A stretch of DNA of 64,000 bases from a virus. Its lineage: Duplodnaviria > Caudoviricetes. The position numbers and the translations under genes are program-made. The notes below the pieces were generated by a model. It saw only the letters and a list, made by a program, of their open reading frames with translations. It ran no database searches and had not been told where the DNA came from. Location of the stretch: the IMG/VR virus record IMGVR_UViG_3300047469_000103, positions 192,001 through 256,000 of that record, one strand, 5' to 3'. This document shows positions 38,475 through 48,771 of this stretch, piece after piece; position 1 is the first letter of the stretch, and each line of letters opens with the position of its first letter.

Positions 38475-38957
38475 TTAACCGAACAGATTCACAAGGCGCA
38501 TGAAATCGGTCATACGGTCATAGTTTTCTTCAGGTGTTTCGTAAGCGATCCACGCCCGACGCATTGCGCCAAGATGTTGTGTCGCCAACGCTGGAACGCC
38601 GAGCCGTGTATAGACTTGCCAATTAATCGGCAATTCGTAAACGGATTCTGTGCCGCCAGAAAGTACCACCTTCACTGGATGCTCAGGACGTGCATCAACA
38701 AATCCAATAAAGCGCGGATTGTCTTTCCACATCAACAGACTGACTTCTGTATCGGGCACTTCAACGGTTGTGATTGGCATGGTTAGCCCATCAATCCGTG
38801 CGCCTTCCATTTCGCCAGAACCTAATCCAAAATAACCCATGAAATCCGATGATGCGTGACCGGCCACAAGCTCTTTAAAGTTTGTGGTCAGCAAGTGGTA
38901 ATTATGCCCACGCAATTTCAGATATGCGTAATGCAGATGGATTTCACTCTTGTGCAT
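38475..38957 (-). CDS. Hypothetical protein
   Basis: Start trimmed to MHKSEI. Confidence 0.7.
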   Translation of the reverse strand: MHKSEIHLHYAYLKLRGHNYHLLTTNFKELVAGHASSDFMGYFGLGSGEMEGARIDGLTMPITTVEVPDTEVSLLMWKDNPRFIGFVDARPEHPVKVVLSGGTESVYELPINWQVYTRLGVPALATQHLGAMRRAWIAYETPEENYDRMTDFMRLVNLFG

Positions 38958-39339
38958 CGTCGTCTGCTTCCGATTCTTCAACCGGCTGCGCTTTCACTGG
39001 AGTTTGCACGTTTTGTTTCGGCGTTTGAACTGGGGCAGAAACTGGTGCCGGTGCTTTTGCTTTCACTTGAGTGCGCAGCAATTCAGCCGCTTGCTCAGGG
39101 GAAAGTTTGCGATGGTTAACCAGTTTTTTATCCCAATACATTCCCTTCGGAAGTTTGGCAGTCGTGCCGAATGGCAGACCGTTGGTTGGAACGCCGGGGC
39201 AGAAAGAATCATCGCGCTCAAAAGCTTTCATCGCGAGGATACTGTCGGTACTCCAAATCCCGTCAATTGGCCCTTTGTAAAAGCCAAGAAACGCGAGGAC
39301 TAACTGTTGTGCGCTTAACTCGATTTGACTTGTTTGCAT
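38944..39339 (-). CDS. Peptidoglycan-binding domain (PG_binding_1-like) protein
   Basis: QQLVLAFLGFYKGPIDGIWSTDSILAMKAFE matches lQ..L..lGy..g.vDG.fg..T..Av..FQ. Start trimmed to MQTSQ (GGAG SD). Confidence 0.7.
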   Translation of the reverse strand: MQTSQIELSAQQLVLAFLGFYKGPIDGIWSTDSILAMKAFERDDSFCPGVPTNGLPFGTTAKLPKGMYWDKKLVNHRKLSPEQAAELLRTQVKAKAPAPVSAPVQTPKQNVQTPVKAQPVEESEADDDAQE

Positions 39340-39547
39340 TTCTTTTCTCCAAAATCCAATGCCCAGTTCGATCATCCCACACATGGTTGGGGCCGGGTGG
39401 GCCTGCAAGCGGATGCGTGCGACCATTTAAAATGTGCGCAGGAATATAATCGGGGCCGGGAATTCCCGGTTGACCTTCAGGGCCAGTTGGTAAACCCGCC
39501 CAATAACGCGCCGGGCCGTCGTCACCTTCATATCGCGGATTACACAT
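39263..39547 (-). CDS. Small protein with collagen-like G-X-Y triplets
   Basis: GPEGQPGIPGP and GPPGP. GGGAG SD. Confidence 0.6.
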   Translation of the reverse strand: MCNPRYEGDDGPARYWAGLPTGPEGQPGIPGPDYIPAHILNGRTHPLAGPPGPNHVWDDRTGHWILEKRNANKSNRVKRTTVSPRVSWLLQRAN

Positions 39548-39588
39548 TTAATTCTCCCAAAAGAGTGGCCTTCCTTGGCCTTTATCTC

Positions 39589-42500
39589 TTACTTGGTTTT
39601 CTTGTAGCGGAACTTCAGTTCGGCCAATTCTTTCAGGGCCGCAGCTTTGTTCACCACAGTGTAACCAGCCTTGCCGACTTTCGAAATCATGTCTTTAAGG
39701 TCGGTTTTGTTTTTACCGAAGAACAACCACTGGCCTTCGCTCTTCTGCCACTTCACACCGGCGCCGGTAATCGTTTTGCCAATGTGTTTAACAATCGCAG
39801 GGTTAGTGCGAATATCAACACAGAGCATTACGTGGTCTTCCATGAAAATCGGGAAGACGCGAATTGCACGGCGGTTGCTGGTGACACGTTTGCCAACGCT
39901 GAAGAATGCAGGCAGTTCCGAGACTGGAGCAAGCTCCAAGCTGTACCACAATTTATGCGTATTTTTCAAACCCGGCTCGAAAGCAGCGTTGATTTCCTGA
40001 ATCAAATCAACCGTCTTATCAGGAAGGTCGAAGTTCGAATCAAGATACTCGTAAATTGCGTGGAATTTCTTCTTGTTGGAAACGGTAACAAACGCGTAAC
40101 TCGGAGTCCATTGGAAGCCAAGGGATTTCAAGTTTACATCGCCTTCGTCGAATTCCGCTTCCAGCGTTGCGAAGCCGTGGTAATAAGCAGGCGACAACCA
40201 CACGTCGAGGTCAGAATCCACTGGAACGATTCGGCCAATATCCGGCTCTGCATCATCTGTCGCAATAACCTTTTTGCCGGTCGGTGCGATTTTGATAACA
40301 GCGTCTTTGACCTTGTAAATACCATCGTTGAGCGGTTTGCCTTTCGCTTCGTTGTCCTTGCGCTTCTCGCCGTCGGCCTGTTCCTTCTTGATAATGCCGA
40401 TGGTTTCTTTTTGCTGGCGCTCACGAATACGACGTTCTTTTTCTTCCTGCTCTTCTTGCGCCTTCTGCTGTTTCTCCAAACGCTTATCGCGTGCTTCTTG
40501 GCGCTTCTCTTCGGTGTCCGTACCAGCCGTCGAAACATCGAAATATTTCGATTCTTGGTCGGGAGTAATGTTTTCCATCGCGACGTAGCACATGTTCGGC
40601 TGAATCGTCACACGGGAAGGCATGCCAGCCGGTGGATTTTTCAGATTCACAATCAGCGACGACAAACGTTTACCGCCGTCTTTCTTGTTGAAGCCTACGA
40701 TTTTGCCAGTGCCCCATTCGGTCAACACAGGTTTCTTCGACAGGTGTTCAACGAAATCATTTGCGATCTTTTCATCACGCAGCAGAATTTCAACGTTGGT
40801 AAGTTTCCATTTGTTCGGGTCAGCCACAGGCATGTTCGGAACGAATGGGCGAACGTCCATTTGTCTTGCGCCCGCAACGTTTGGCGATGCTTCGATAGGC
40901 AGCAGTTTCGCTTCCTGTTCTGCACGCATGTCGCGGAATTCTTTGTTTTCGATTTCGTTCAGTTCTTCGTAACTTTCGCGCATGCCACGGAACGGTTCAT
41001 CGTTCAAACCTTTGATGTTCTTCAGCATGTCGATACCGAGCGACAGTGCAGCGTTTTCACGCTCTGTCGGAACTTTACGACGTGTCAGCATTTCTTTGTA
41101 GCGTGGGTTATCGGCTTCAGTGAAACGAGCGATACCGAAAGTTTTGGAAATTACACGCGCCTGTTTCGGCACTTCCATTGTGTTGTTTGCCAGTACCCAA
41201 TCGAGATAAATAACATCCCGAGTCATTTCGCCTTCGCCTTTGGCGGCTGCGATTGCACCCTTTGGATCAGGGCGGAAAATACGGGCGTTTGTTTGGTTAA
41301 GCGCACCCGGCCCCCACGGCGATTCCGCACGGATAATTCGGCTTGCCATTTGCAGGTTGTGCCCTTCAGACATACCCTGTTCGTTAGCAATCAGAATCTG
41401 CACGCGGTCGTCGGTTTTAAAGTCGTTAAACGATTTGACTTTATCCGGTTCGTCACCCGTGAATTTCACGGCTTTTTGCTTGTAGTTTTCTGGCAGTGCA
41501 TCAAAGATTGCCGAGGCACTGTGATTGTAGCGAGTGATAATAATCAGCTTGCCACGTGGTTCTTTTTTCCAGTAGTCCGGGTTTTCTTCTGGCGAAGTAT
41601 TCAGTTGGTCACGTGGCAGGGCCATGTGTTCCGCACTGGAGTGATATTTCTTCGCGACGTACAAATCTTTTCCAACAGAAACCAAATCGTATTCGGTGTA
41701 CTGCTGGCCGCGACGCCATGCCGGAGTGTTGAAGTGCAGGTGTACGAGGTTGGCAATGTATTTCGCTTTACGCGATTTAAACACTGCGCCTTTACCGAAA
41801 ACTTCTTCGTAGGCTTCGTCGTATTGCGGGGCGATAATCAGACGTTCAAAACGTGCAAGGTTCTTTTCCCAAAGTGCCTGTTTGATTTTCTCGCCAGCAA
41901 AGTCAGCATCGTTGTCGATCAAACCAACGCCGCCGCCACCTTCGTTTTCTTCTTGGCTACCGTGTTCGCCTTCGCCTTCTTCGTCGTAGTCGTGGTCTGC
42001 TGCATCTTCCGCTTTCTTTTTCTGAGCCAGCAAAGGCTTCAAATCTTCCAGCGTTTTATCCAGTACCAATTTGTACAACTGTTCGTGCAGTTTTTGCTGC
42101 TCGATTTCTTCCAGAGAAGTACCGTCGTTACCGTCTTTATCCACCAGTGCAATTGCGTGGAAAGTTTCGATTGGTGCAGGAAGCATGAACGCCCATTCTT
42201 TACGCTTTTTCACGATGAACGCGGTGTAGTGGGAAAGCTTATCCACTGCGCGTTTGCCGTTGAGAGGCGTGTAGGTGGCAACAACACGATCACCGATTTT
42301 TACATCGGAACCGGAGGCTTCTGCATCGGAACGAATATTCGCAATTTCACCAGCACGGAAAACGTGCGGAGTTTTCAGAGCGATTTGACCTTCGATATCT
42401 TTCGCACGGTCAGGCATGATTGTACCGGTGAGGATACGCAGCCATTTAACCATCGTCGAAGTGGTCAGGATTTTTGTTGCACGGTGACGCGCAGAGTTGA

Positions 42501-45500
42501 AAGATTTCAGGTTGTGCGATTCGTCGATTGCGATGTAGTTGCAACCGAGGCGGCGAATGAATTCCAAGTTAGCCGAGAAATTCACTTGCGCGTTACCGAT
42601 ACACACGCGTTTGTTACGGCCCTGAATGAACGTCATGGAAGCGATGAAAATTGTGTTCGGCGGCGCAGCAGTTGCCACTTCCAGCAAACGTTTTTCACCC
42701 CAACGTTTCATCACGTCAGCGGACAACGGGAACGGGTTCCAGTTTTCACCAACGAAATATTTCATGTCTTCGCACCACTGGTTAATCAGACCATTCGGGC
42801 AGATTACCAACGGCTTAACAACGGTGCCAGCTTCCAGCATGTCTTTGACCATACAGGTCATGTCGATCACGCCTTGGCCGGTTTTACCACCACCCGGATC
42901 AAGTGCGAGAATTGCGAAAGAAGGCGGAACTTTTTTACGCAGATACGATTGCACAGACGCTTGGTGCGGGAACACTGCACGCGGAGAATCTGTAACCATG
43001 CCGGGAACCTTAATATCTTCCGAAGAAAAAGATTCATCAGGGCGAATAGATTCAACCTGTTCGTCTGCTTCTGCGAAAATGGTTTCCTGATTTGGTGCGT
43101 ACTTGCCGAGCATGGTTGTGAACGGCAGAACGTCGTGCATGATGCGACGGTTATTCAGCTTCGGAATATCCAGCTTATATTCAACGTCTGGATTGTTCGG
43201 GTTTTGACCTACAGCAATTTGCAGTCGGCCGCCGCGCTCGTTGAAATAATCACCAGCAGGAATTGCGTTGATCGCGTCCAGAATTTGCTTGAATACTTGA
43301 CCGCCGAAGTAATTGTACAGCTTGGCGAAATCAGCAGTGGTCGAAGTCGAAGCGTTGAAATAGTTCGGATGCGCAGACAGTTCTTCCTGTACTTCAAAAC
43401 TTTTCGGACTGTAATCGTCAGTGCGCATATCGTTGAACGTTTCCGTCCACAATTGCGAACCTTGTTCACCCGATGCTTGAGTCATGGCCGCGCCGAGAAT
43501 CGACGAAATAGCGCGTTTGGTCATGCTCACTTGCGAAGCTTTGAACGAGCCGTCTTCGTTGAAATATTCGAAATACGTCGTCGAATAATCGTGACCTTTT
43601 TCGGTCGGAAGTTTCTCGTAGCCCAGCGCACGGATTGCAGCCTTGGCAATTGCTTCCAGCTTCGGCGCTTTGTTATCGGCGTATGCCAGCTTCAAATACA
43701 CGTCAACAATATCAGTTACGATATCGCTGTTTGCAAATGTCGATGCGGCAGTTTTCGAACCGTAGGCACGTTCCGATTTATAACCGATTTCACTGAGGTT
43801 TTGATATTTGGTCAGCACCCACATTGTCGATGCGAAATTCCGCACCATCGGTTTTTCACCTTCTTTCGAAAGGTTGTAACCGAGATAATCCGCGATGGAA
43901 AGCGAATCGGGAGTAACCGAACCAACGTCAACACGGGTAGTCGCGGAACCGGGCATATCGCCCGCAGTCATGGTGATACCGAAGTCCCAATCATAACCGA
44001 TAATGCAACCATCAAAACTTTTCAGTTCTGTCATCAAATCATTCAGACGTTGAACGTCGTGCATGTCGATGTGCGGCCATTTCTCAGGACGCGGGTCGCC
44101 GTTGAAACCAGCGATTGGAATATCGTTACGGTCGAGAATTTCCAGAATTTCTTCGGAAACTTTTTCGTAGTCATTCGCCAGCGTCGAGTTTTTGAAGGAC
44201 TCGATATCAGGTCGAACAGCCATCGTCCCGTTCGGACGAATGTACATGTTTTCCGAGTTGCCTTTGGTTTTCTCGACAACGAAACCGTGCTGTGTACGAA
44301 TATCCGAAATCTTTTTCAGCGTGGAAGCACCCATCGAATAACGAGGGATGTTTACCATTTTGATTGCACGTTCGTTGCTGTACGACGGAACGCCTTTACG
44401 GGTTGCCGCAACTTTCGCACGAATTACTTGACCGATGTAAACCGAGAACCACGCGTTGGTGCGGCTCAGGTTTGGACGCTCGCTGTCTTCGGTCTGGCTG
44501 ACGTAATGCGCAATGTCAGATTCCAAAGTAAAGCGAATCGAAGTCCGCAAAACGAGGTTCATCAATTCAGCTTCAGGTGCGAGTTTTGCAGTGCCACTAT
44601 TCAGAATGGTTTCGACCATCGAATTGTTGGCAGCAGCTTCACCCATGCGGGCCTGATTGCGTGCATCAGCAGCAGCTTCAACAGCTTTTTCCGAAGGCAT
44701 TTTCATAACTTCAACTTGCAGGAATTGTTCCGCAAGGTGATTGGTTACGTCCATATCCGTGATGATGGATTTCGGCAGTTTAAAACCGGTGTGCTTTGTC
44801 CAGATATCTTCAATGTCGGTGAACTTGGTATTTACCGACAGGCCACGGTGCATCACACGTTCGGAAATTGCAGCAGAACCGAACAGGAAAATCGTGATTT
44901 CTTTTGCAGCGGCCAGAATGTTTTCACCGAACGGAGACTGCCAGCGACCGCGACGATGCGATTCAACGAAATAATGTTGAGCGCCATTGTTCGCGAGCAA
45001 ATCACCTTGGCCCATGTTCGCATCATCCGTACCGAAATACGGTGCAGGTACATGGTCTGCACGAACGTCGGTGCCGGTGCCATTCAGCACGATATCAATA
45101 CCGTTGTTGTAACGCTTCGAACGATAGATATTGTGGAAAGCAGATTGCGACATACGAATTGCGCGGAGGAAACCAACAACTGCGCTTTTTACGGATGCTT
45201 CGTCACGCTTGCGCTGCATGGTGTCGTAGAACAAACGCTCTACACGATCCTTTGCAGCCTGTTCGTCCATACCCGAAATGTAGTTCGCGTCAGCCATGCA
45301 CGCGCGCATGAAACGGAAAAACAAGTTGATATTCGACGTTACGTCACTGAGGGATTCCAGAATTGCCACGAGGAATTGACGATCACTCGGGTAAAAGAAA
45401 CCTTCATATTCCGCATTGCGATCCGACTCAAGATTTACCGGTCGAATCGAACGGACAAATTCCGACTCTTCGTTGGCTTCGTCTTCTTCGTCGTCAGCAC

Positions 45501-45606
45501 TTGCACGAGCGATTGCGAGTTCGTCCGCATATTCCTGTTCGTAAGCAGCGTGAAGACGCATTGCTTCTGTGATGGAATTTTCACGCCACACAATTTGTCG
45601 ATTCAT
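39589..45606 (-). CDS. Very large SNF2/SWI2-family ATPase (about 2005 aa)
   Basis: LDPGGGKT Walker A, KPLVICPNGLINQW motif Ia, IAIDESHNLK motif II, ILTGT motif III, EGHNLQ.ASRII...PW.P..Q..ARIFR motifs V/VI. Start trimmed to MNRQIV (GAGGT SD). Confidence 0.88.
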   Translation of the reverse strand: MNRQIVWRENSITEAMRLHAAYEQEYADELAIARASADDEEDEANEESEFVRSIRPVNLESDRNAEYEGFFYPSDRQFLVAILESLSDVTSNINLFFRFMRACMADANYISGMDEQAAKDRVERLFYDTMQRKRDEASVKSAVVGFLRAIRMSQSAFHNIYRSKRYNNGIDIVLNGTGTDVRADHVPAPYFGTDDANMGQGDLLANNGAQHYFVESHRRGRWQSPFGENILAAAKEITIFLFGSAAISERVMHRGLSVNTKFTDIEDIWTKHTGFKLPKSIITDMDVTNHLAEQFLQVEVMKMPSEKAVEAAADARNQARMGEAAANNSMVETILNSGTAKLAPEAELMNLVLRTSIRFTLESDIAHYVSQTEDSERPNLSRTNAWFSVYIGQVIRAKVAATRKGVPSYSNERAIKMVNIPRYSMGASTLKKISDIRTQHGFVVEKTKGNSENMYIRPNGTMAVRPDIESFKNSTLANDYEKVSEEILEILDRNDIPIAGFNGDPRPEKWPHIDMHDVQRLNDLMTELKSFDGCIIGYDWDFGITMTAGDMPGSATTRVDVGSVTPDSLSIADYLGYNLSKEGEKPMVRNFASTMWVLTKYQNLSEIGYKSERAYGSKTAASTFANSDIVTDIVDVYLKLAYADNKAPKLEAIAKAAIRALGYEKLPTEKGHDYSTTYFEYFNEDGSFKASQVSMTKRAISSILGAAMTQASGEQGSQLWTETFNDMRTDDYSPKSFEVQEELSAHPNYFNASTSTTADFAKLYNYFGGQVFKQILDAINAIPAGDYFNERGGRLQIAVGQNPNNPDVEYKLDIPKLNNRRIMHDVLPFTTMLGKYAPNQETIFAEADEQVESIRPDESFSSEDIKVPGMVTDSPRAVFPHQASVQSYLRKKVPPSFAILALDPGGGKTGQGVIDMTCMVKDMLEAGTVVKPLVICPNGLINQWCEDMKYFVGENWNPFPLSADVMKRWGEKRLLEVATAAPPNTIFIASMTFIQGRNKRVCIGNAQVNFSANLEFIRRLGCNYIAIDESHNLKSFNSARHRATKILTTSTMVKWLRILTGTIMPDRAKDIEGQIALKTPHVFRAGEIANIRSDAEASGSDVKIGDRVVATYTPLNGKRAVDKLSHYTAFIVKKRKEWAFMLPAPIETFHAIALVDKDGNDGTSLEEIEQQKLHEQLYKLVLDKTLEDLKPLLAQKKKAEDAADHDYDEEGEGEHGSQEENEGGGGVGLIDNDADFAGEKIKQALWEKNLARFERLIIAPQYDEAYEEVFGKGAVFKSRKAKYIANLVHLHFNTPAWRRGQQYTEYDLVSVGKDLYVAKKYHSSAEHMALPRDQLNTSPEENPDYWKKEPRGKLIIITRYNHSASAIFDALPENYKQKAVKFTGDEPDKVKSFNDFKTDDRVQILIANEQGMSEGHNLQMASRIIRAESPWGPGALNQTNARIFRPDPKGAIAAAKGEGEMTRDVIYLDWVLANNTMEVPKQARVISKTFGIARFTEADNPRYKEMLTRRKVPTERENAALSLGIDMLKNIKGLNDEPFRGMRESYEELNEIENKEFRDMRAEQEAKLLPIEASPNVAGARQMDVRPFVPNMPVADPNKWKLTNVEILLRDEKIANDFVEHLSKKPVLTEWGTGKIVGFNKKDGGKRLSSLIVNLKNPPAGMPSRVTIQPNMCYVAMENITPDQESKYFDVSTAGTDTEEKRQEARDKRLEKQQKAQEEQEEKERRIRERQQKETIGIIKKEQADGEKRKDNEAKGKPLNDGIYKVKDAVIKIAPTGKKVIATDDAEPDIGRIVPVDSDLDVWLSPAYYHGFATLEAEFDEGDVNLKSLGFQWTPSYAFVTVSNKKKFHAIYEYLDSNFDLPDKTVDLIQEINAAFEPGLKNTHKLWYSLELAPVSELPAFFSVGKRVTSNRRAIRVFPIFMEDHVMLCVDIRTNPAIVKHIGKTITGAGVKWQKSEGQWLFFGKNKTDLKDMISKVGKAGYTVVNKAAALKELAELKFRYKKTK

Positions 45607-46019
45607 TCTGAAACCTCGTCGAGTTCCCCATCGCACTGAATAACAGCGGCCCACAGTGGGTTGGGTTCTTGTTTCTGGTCAACAGCGCAACGCATCAGCG
45701 CTTGGCAAAGGGCTACACGAATAAATGGATCGGGTTCATCCAGTAATGTCGTGCGGTGATAGTAATCGTACAGATTGAAATAAATCTGTTTGGAAAGCGG
45801 CTCGTACAAATCATCAACCGCTTTCTTCATATCGAAGGTAGGCTGTTTACGATCCGGCAAATAGGATGAATATTCTTGATCGGCCAAATCTTGAATATCG
45901 TTGCGGGCGACGTTCGCAAGGTCTTGGATTGCCTGTAGCTTTGTGGCCGGGTCGGCATCACCTTTGCTGATAACCGCCAGAATGGAATTCAACCCATTCA
46001 ACGCGCTTTGAACTGTCAT
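45603..46019 (-). CDS. Hypothetical protein
   Basis: Start trimmed to MTVQSA (ATGA overlap). Confidence 0.7.
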   Translation of the reverse strand: MTVQSALNGLNSILAVISKGDADPATKLQAIQDLANVARNDIQDLADQEYSSYLPDRKQPTFDMKKAVDDLYEPLSKQIYFNLYDYYHRTTLLDEPDPFIRVALCQALMRCAVDQKQEPNPLWAAVIQCDGELDEVSE

Positions 46020-46699
46020 CGAAAATCTCCGATTGAAGCTCGACGCCAAACGGCGAAAAGCTGTTTATCTAAGTTTGGATACATGGGAATTGTGTTGTCA
46101 AAATAAAGCTCGTATTTCAACACGAGGAAATCGTTTTTCAACCGTGCAATTTTGACTCGCATGTCCGAGTTAAGAATCACGCTAACTTCCATTGACTCGC
46201 GCACCTTATCGGCACGTGGAGGAAAACGATCAGCGTAAACCGTTTTCTTTTCACCCGCGTGCATTTTCACACGCGACGAAAGTTTCAATTCCTCGGGCAA
46301 TGTTTTGAATACTTTCAGTTCGACTAATCGACGCAGAAGGTAATCAAGTTCGAATCGTTGCGGCTTCAGTTTCACTGTACCGCGAATGGTGAATCCGTTT
46401 ACAACATTTACCAATTCATCGGCATTCCAAACGAATTCAAACTGGTGCTGCACGGGCAAAAGGTGATACAAAAGAAACTTTGAATGCACCTGTTTGGCGA
46501 AGGCTTGATACTGCTTATTTACAGTAAAAAAGTCAGCCAACAATTTCTTGGTTTTTACTTTAACACCGGCTTGCTGCAAAAGAATGCGAAAACATTCACC
46601 CAATACAAGCGGTTCAAGTTTGCTTGTACGGGGCAGCTCTAAAAACGCCTCCCATGATCCTTGAAAATCGTCGCTAATATCGGATGGCATTTTCATCAT
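46016..46699 (-). CDS. Hypothetical protein
   Basis: 227 aa ORF with ATGA overlaps. Confidence 0.7.
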   Translation of the reverse strand: MMKMPSDISDDFQGSWEAFLELPRTSKLEPLVLGECFRILLQQAGVKVKTKKLLADFFTVNKQYQAFAKQVHSKFLLYHLLPVQHQFEFVWNADELVNVVNGFTIRGTVKLKPQRFELDYLLRRLVELKVFKTLPEELKLSSRVKMHAGEKKTVYADRFPPRADKVRESMEVSVILNSDMRVKIARLKNDFLVLKYELYFDNTIPMYPNLDKQLFAVWRRASIGDFR

Positions 46700-47022
46700 T
46701 TCTTTTTCGCCAAGATCAAATGTTTAGCGGCTGCATGTCCCGGTCGCTTGGAATGGCAATCGGCACACAGAGTCCAAAGGTTACTCATGGTTGTTTGTCC
46801 GCCGCGTGCTGCCGGTCGAATATGATCGACTTGCAGATTTGTTTTGCACGGACATTTTCGGCACGTGTGATTATCACGAGCCAGAACTTTTTCACGTACT
46901 GCCATCCAATCCCAACGCTCGCCGTAAACTTGTACGGACGTGCGCCGAACCTTGGCAACAACAGCAGGTTTTTTCGTGACGCTTTTCGCCTTGAAAGGTT
47001 TAATGCGTTTTGGTGTGGTCAT
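46696..47022 (-). CDS. HNH endonuclease (McrA-type)
   Basis: R..VLARD..TCRKC....LQVDHIRP...GG.T..SNLWTLC..CH. Confidence 0.92.
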   Translation of the reverse strand: MTTPKRIKPFKAKSVTKKPAVVAKVRRTSVQVYGERWDWMAVREKVLARDNHTCRKCPCKTNLQVDHIRPAARGGQTTMSNLWTLCADCHSKRPGHAAAKHLILAKKK

Positions 47023-47828
47023 AGCAGAACCTTCCGCGCCCGGTCGAGTGCCAAGCCGTATTCTGACTGGAGGTTATCTGCGCATTCAGCCAAAGTATTT
47101 TTCAACTTCTTTTGAATCTCTAGGCGCATGTCCGAGTCTTTAACGAATTTCGAAACGGCACCGTCAATGTGGAAATACAGGTCGGTCAGCGACTGCGCCA
47201 CAACCATTTGGTATGGCCGCATTACAATGCTTTCCAATTCAGCAATTTGTGCGCTGATATCCCGTGTGGCTCGCAGGTCGGCAATGACTTCGCGAATCTG
47301 CGAATAAATAACGTTTAGTGCGTAAACGTCTTTGTTGTAAATCCGATCTTCCATCTGCTCTTCGAAACGACCAGCCAGAGAAATCAGATTTTCGAATATG
47401 CGGCGTGACTCGGCATCGAATTCATCGACAACCGGAGGCAATTCTACGAACACTTCGACAGCATCGAGAACTTGTTGTTTGCCCTTCGCCTTTTTCTTCA
47501 GTGCTGCACTTCCGGCGACTTTTGGGATTACCGCCAGTTCGGTTTTCACCGACTTTTTCTTTTCTTTGATACGTTCGACCGTACCTTCGATTGTTACCGG
47601 GGTCTTGCGCTTTTTCTTTTTCAGTTCACTGCCTTTCTTGTACGTGTTGTCTTCAATCACAATGACTTCACGTTCAACTTTTTTCTTCTTTTTCTTCGTC
47701 TTCAGAATAGAAGAACCGCGACCGCCACCATCATCGGCATCCTTGTTGCGGAATTTACCGCGTTCATCAATGTCGCCGCCCTGTCCACCACTTACGCGGT
47801 GAATGGAATCCCCACTATTCTTTTTCAT
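47019..47828 (-). CDS. Hypothetical protein (basic N-terminus, helical C-terminus)
   Basis: 269 aa ORF. No family recognised. Confidence 0.7.
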   Translation of the reverse strand: MKKNSGDSIHRVSGGQGGDIDERGKFRNKDADDGGGRGSSILKTKKKKKKVEREVIVIEDNTYKKGSELKKKKRKTPVTIEGTVERIKEKKKSVKTELAVIPKVAGSAALKKKAKGKQQVLDAVEVFVELPPVVDEFDAESRRIFENLISLAGRFEEQMEDRIYNKDVYALNVIYSQIREVIADLRATRDISAQIAELESIVMRPYQMVVAQSLTDLYFHIDGAVSKFVKDSDMRLEIQKKLKNTLAECADNLQSEYGLALDRARKVLL

Positions 47829-47850
47829 ATTTCCCCCGGCTTAAATCGGC

Positions 47851-47873
47851 AAAAGGGGGCACGTGGCCCCCTT
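47851..47873 (-). terminator. Probable intrinsic terminator
   Basis: AAGGGGGC-CACGT-GCCCCCTTTT. Confidence 0.7.
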
Positions 47874-47891
47874 CTGTTTATTGCGTGTTAT

Positions 47892-48734
47892 TTACATCCA
47901 AACGTGGGCGCGTACACGCTCCATGAATTTTTCGTAGTAGGCCGGACGACGTGCAAAAACACGAGCGTAATAGGCGCTGATTTGGTCGATGTTCGGAGTT
48001 GCAGCGGTAGCGATTTCGTCTTCCGCGTCAGCTTCGATTTCGTGGTCAGCGGCTGCAATTACGATCATGTCGCGGTGCAGAGTTTCTTGCTGGCCGTTCG
48101 GGCGAACAACCTGAATATCAGTAGTCGGGCTACCGTCTTCGTTGTCGATGGAAGCAACAGCAATACCGACGTTCAAATCGCAAGATTGCTGCGAAATGTA
48201 GGTAATCAAATCGCCACCGGTAACGGTTGCGCGTGCTTGTGCGGTATCAGCACCAACGTTCGCATTTACGAAATCGTTGTGGTCAACAGAAGCACAGGCC
48301 AGCAATTGCTGCATAACCAGATGGTCGTCAGCAACAGCGGATTTAACCAGAACTTCACCGGTCGCAGTTTTGCGCAGTGCCCACAGGCATTCGGTATCGT
48401 CCATGAACATATTTGCAGCAACGGCTTTGTAAGCGCCGCGATTTTCGTCGGTCAGCACAATACGTTCGGCAACAACGCCGACGATGCCTTCGAAAATGTG
48501 GGTACGTGCATCGCTAGCGAGCGAAACAAACGAACCAACAACAGGCGTGATATGTGCGAATTGTTTTTTGATACCGGCGAACACTTGTTCTTTGGTAGCA
48601 GCAACGGAAGCGGTTGCGATGATACGCATGAAACGATCATCAACTTGATACGCTTCACGAATATTTACTTCAGTGGCTTCAGATTTGACGTTGTGGGCCA
48701 AAGCCGATTGCGCACGATTGAGGGAAAAAGTCAT
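47892..48734 (-). CDS. Probable virion protein
   Basis: 280 aa with a late-promoter motif, 5' hairpin and CTGGAG SD like the capsid and sheath genes. Strong codon bias. Confidence 0.55.
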   Translation of the reverse strand: MTFSLNRAQSALAHNVKSEATEVNIREAYQVDDRFMRIIATASVAATKEQVFAGIKKQFAHITPVVGSFVSLASDARTHIFEGIVGVVAERIVLTDENRGAYKAVAANMFMDDTECLWALRKTATGEVLVKSAVADDHLVMQQLLACASVDHNDFVNANVGADTAQARATVTGGDLITYISQQSCDLNVGIAVASIDNEDGSPTTDIQVVRPNGQQETLHRDMIVIAAADHEIEADAEDEIATAATPNIDQISAYYARVFARRPAYYEKFMERVRAHVWM

Positions 48735-48771
48735 TGTTTATCTCCAGTAGAGTAAGCCAAGTGTTACTCTT

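Noticed and set aside
39552-39590. Weak hairpin after the SNF2 gene (AGAG..GGCC-AAGGAA-GGCC..CTCT-TTT) as a terminator
   Set aside because: The stem is interrupted and the U-tract is short, so support is insufficient.
39325-45639. 2104 aa plus-strand ORF, and other long plus-strand ORFs (4128..5858, 8731..9672, 9617..11992, 21988..24210, 33705..34973, 50924..52186)
   Set aside because: They are in exact codon register with real minus-strand genes and arise from avoidance of TTA/CTA/TCA codons. The translations have no recognisable motifs.
19359-46525. LexA (SOS) boxes at the TACTGTA half-sites
   Set aside because: The nearest CAG gives CTG-N9-CAG (19359) or CTG-N8-CAG (46518), not the required CTG-N10-CAG.
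46696-47022. HNH gene as a mobile homing endonuclease or intron
   Set aside because: It is a minimal McrA-type domain with ATGA overlaps on both sides, interrupts no gene, and no intron structure was seen.
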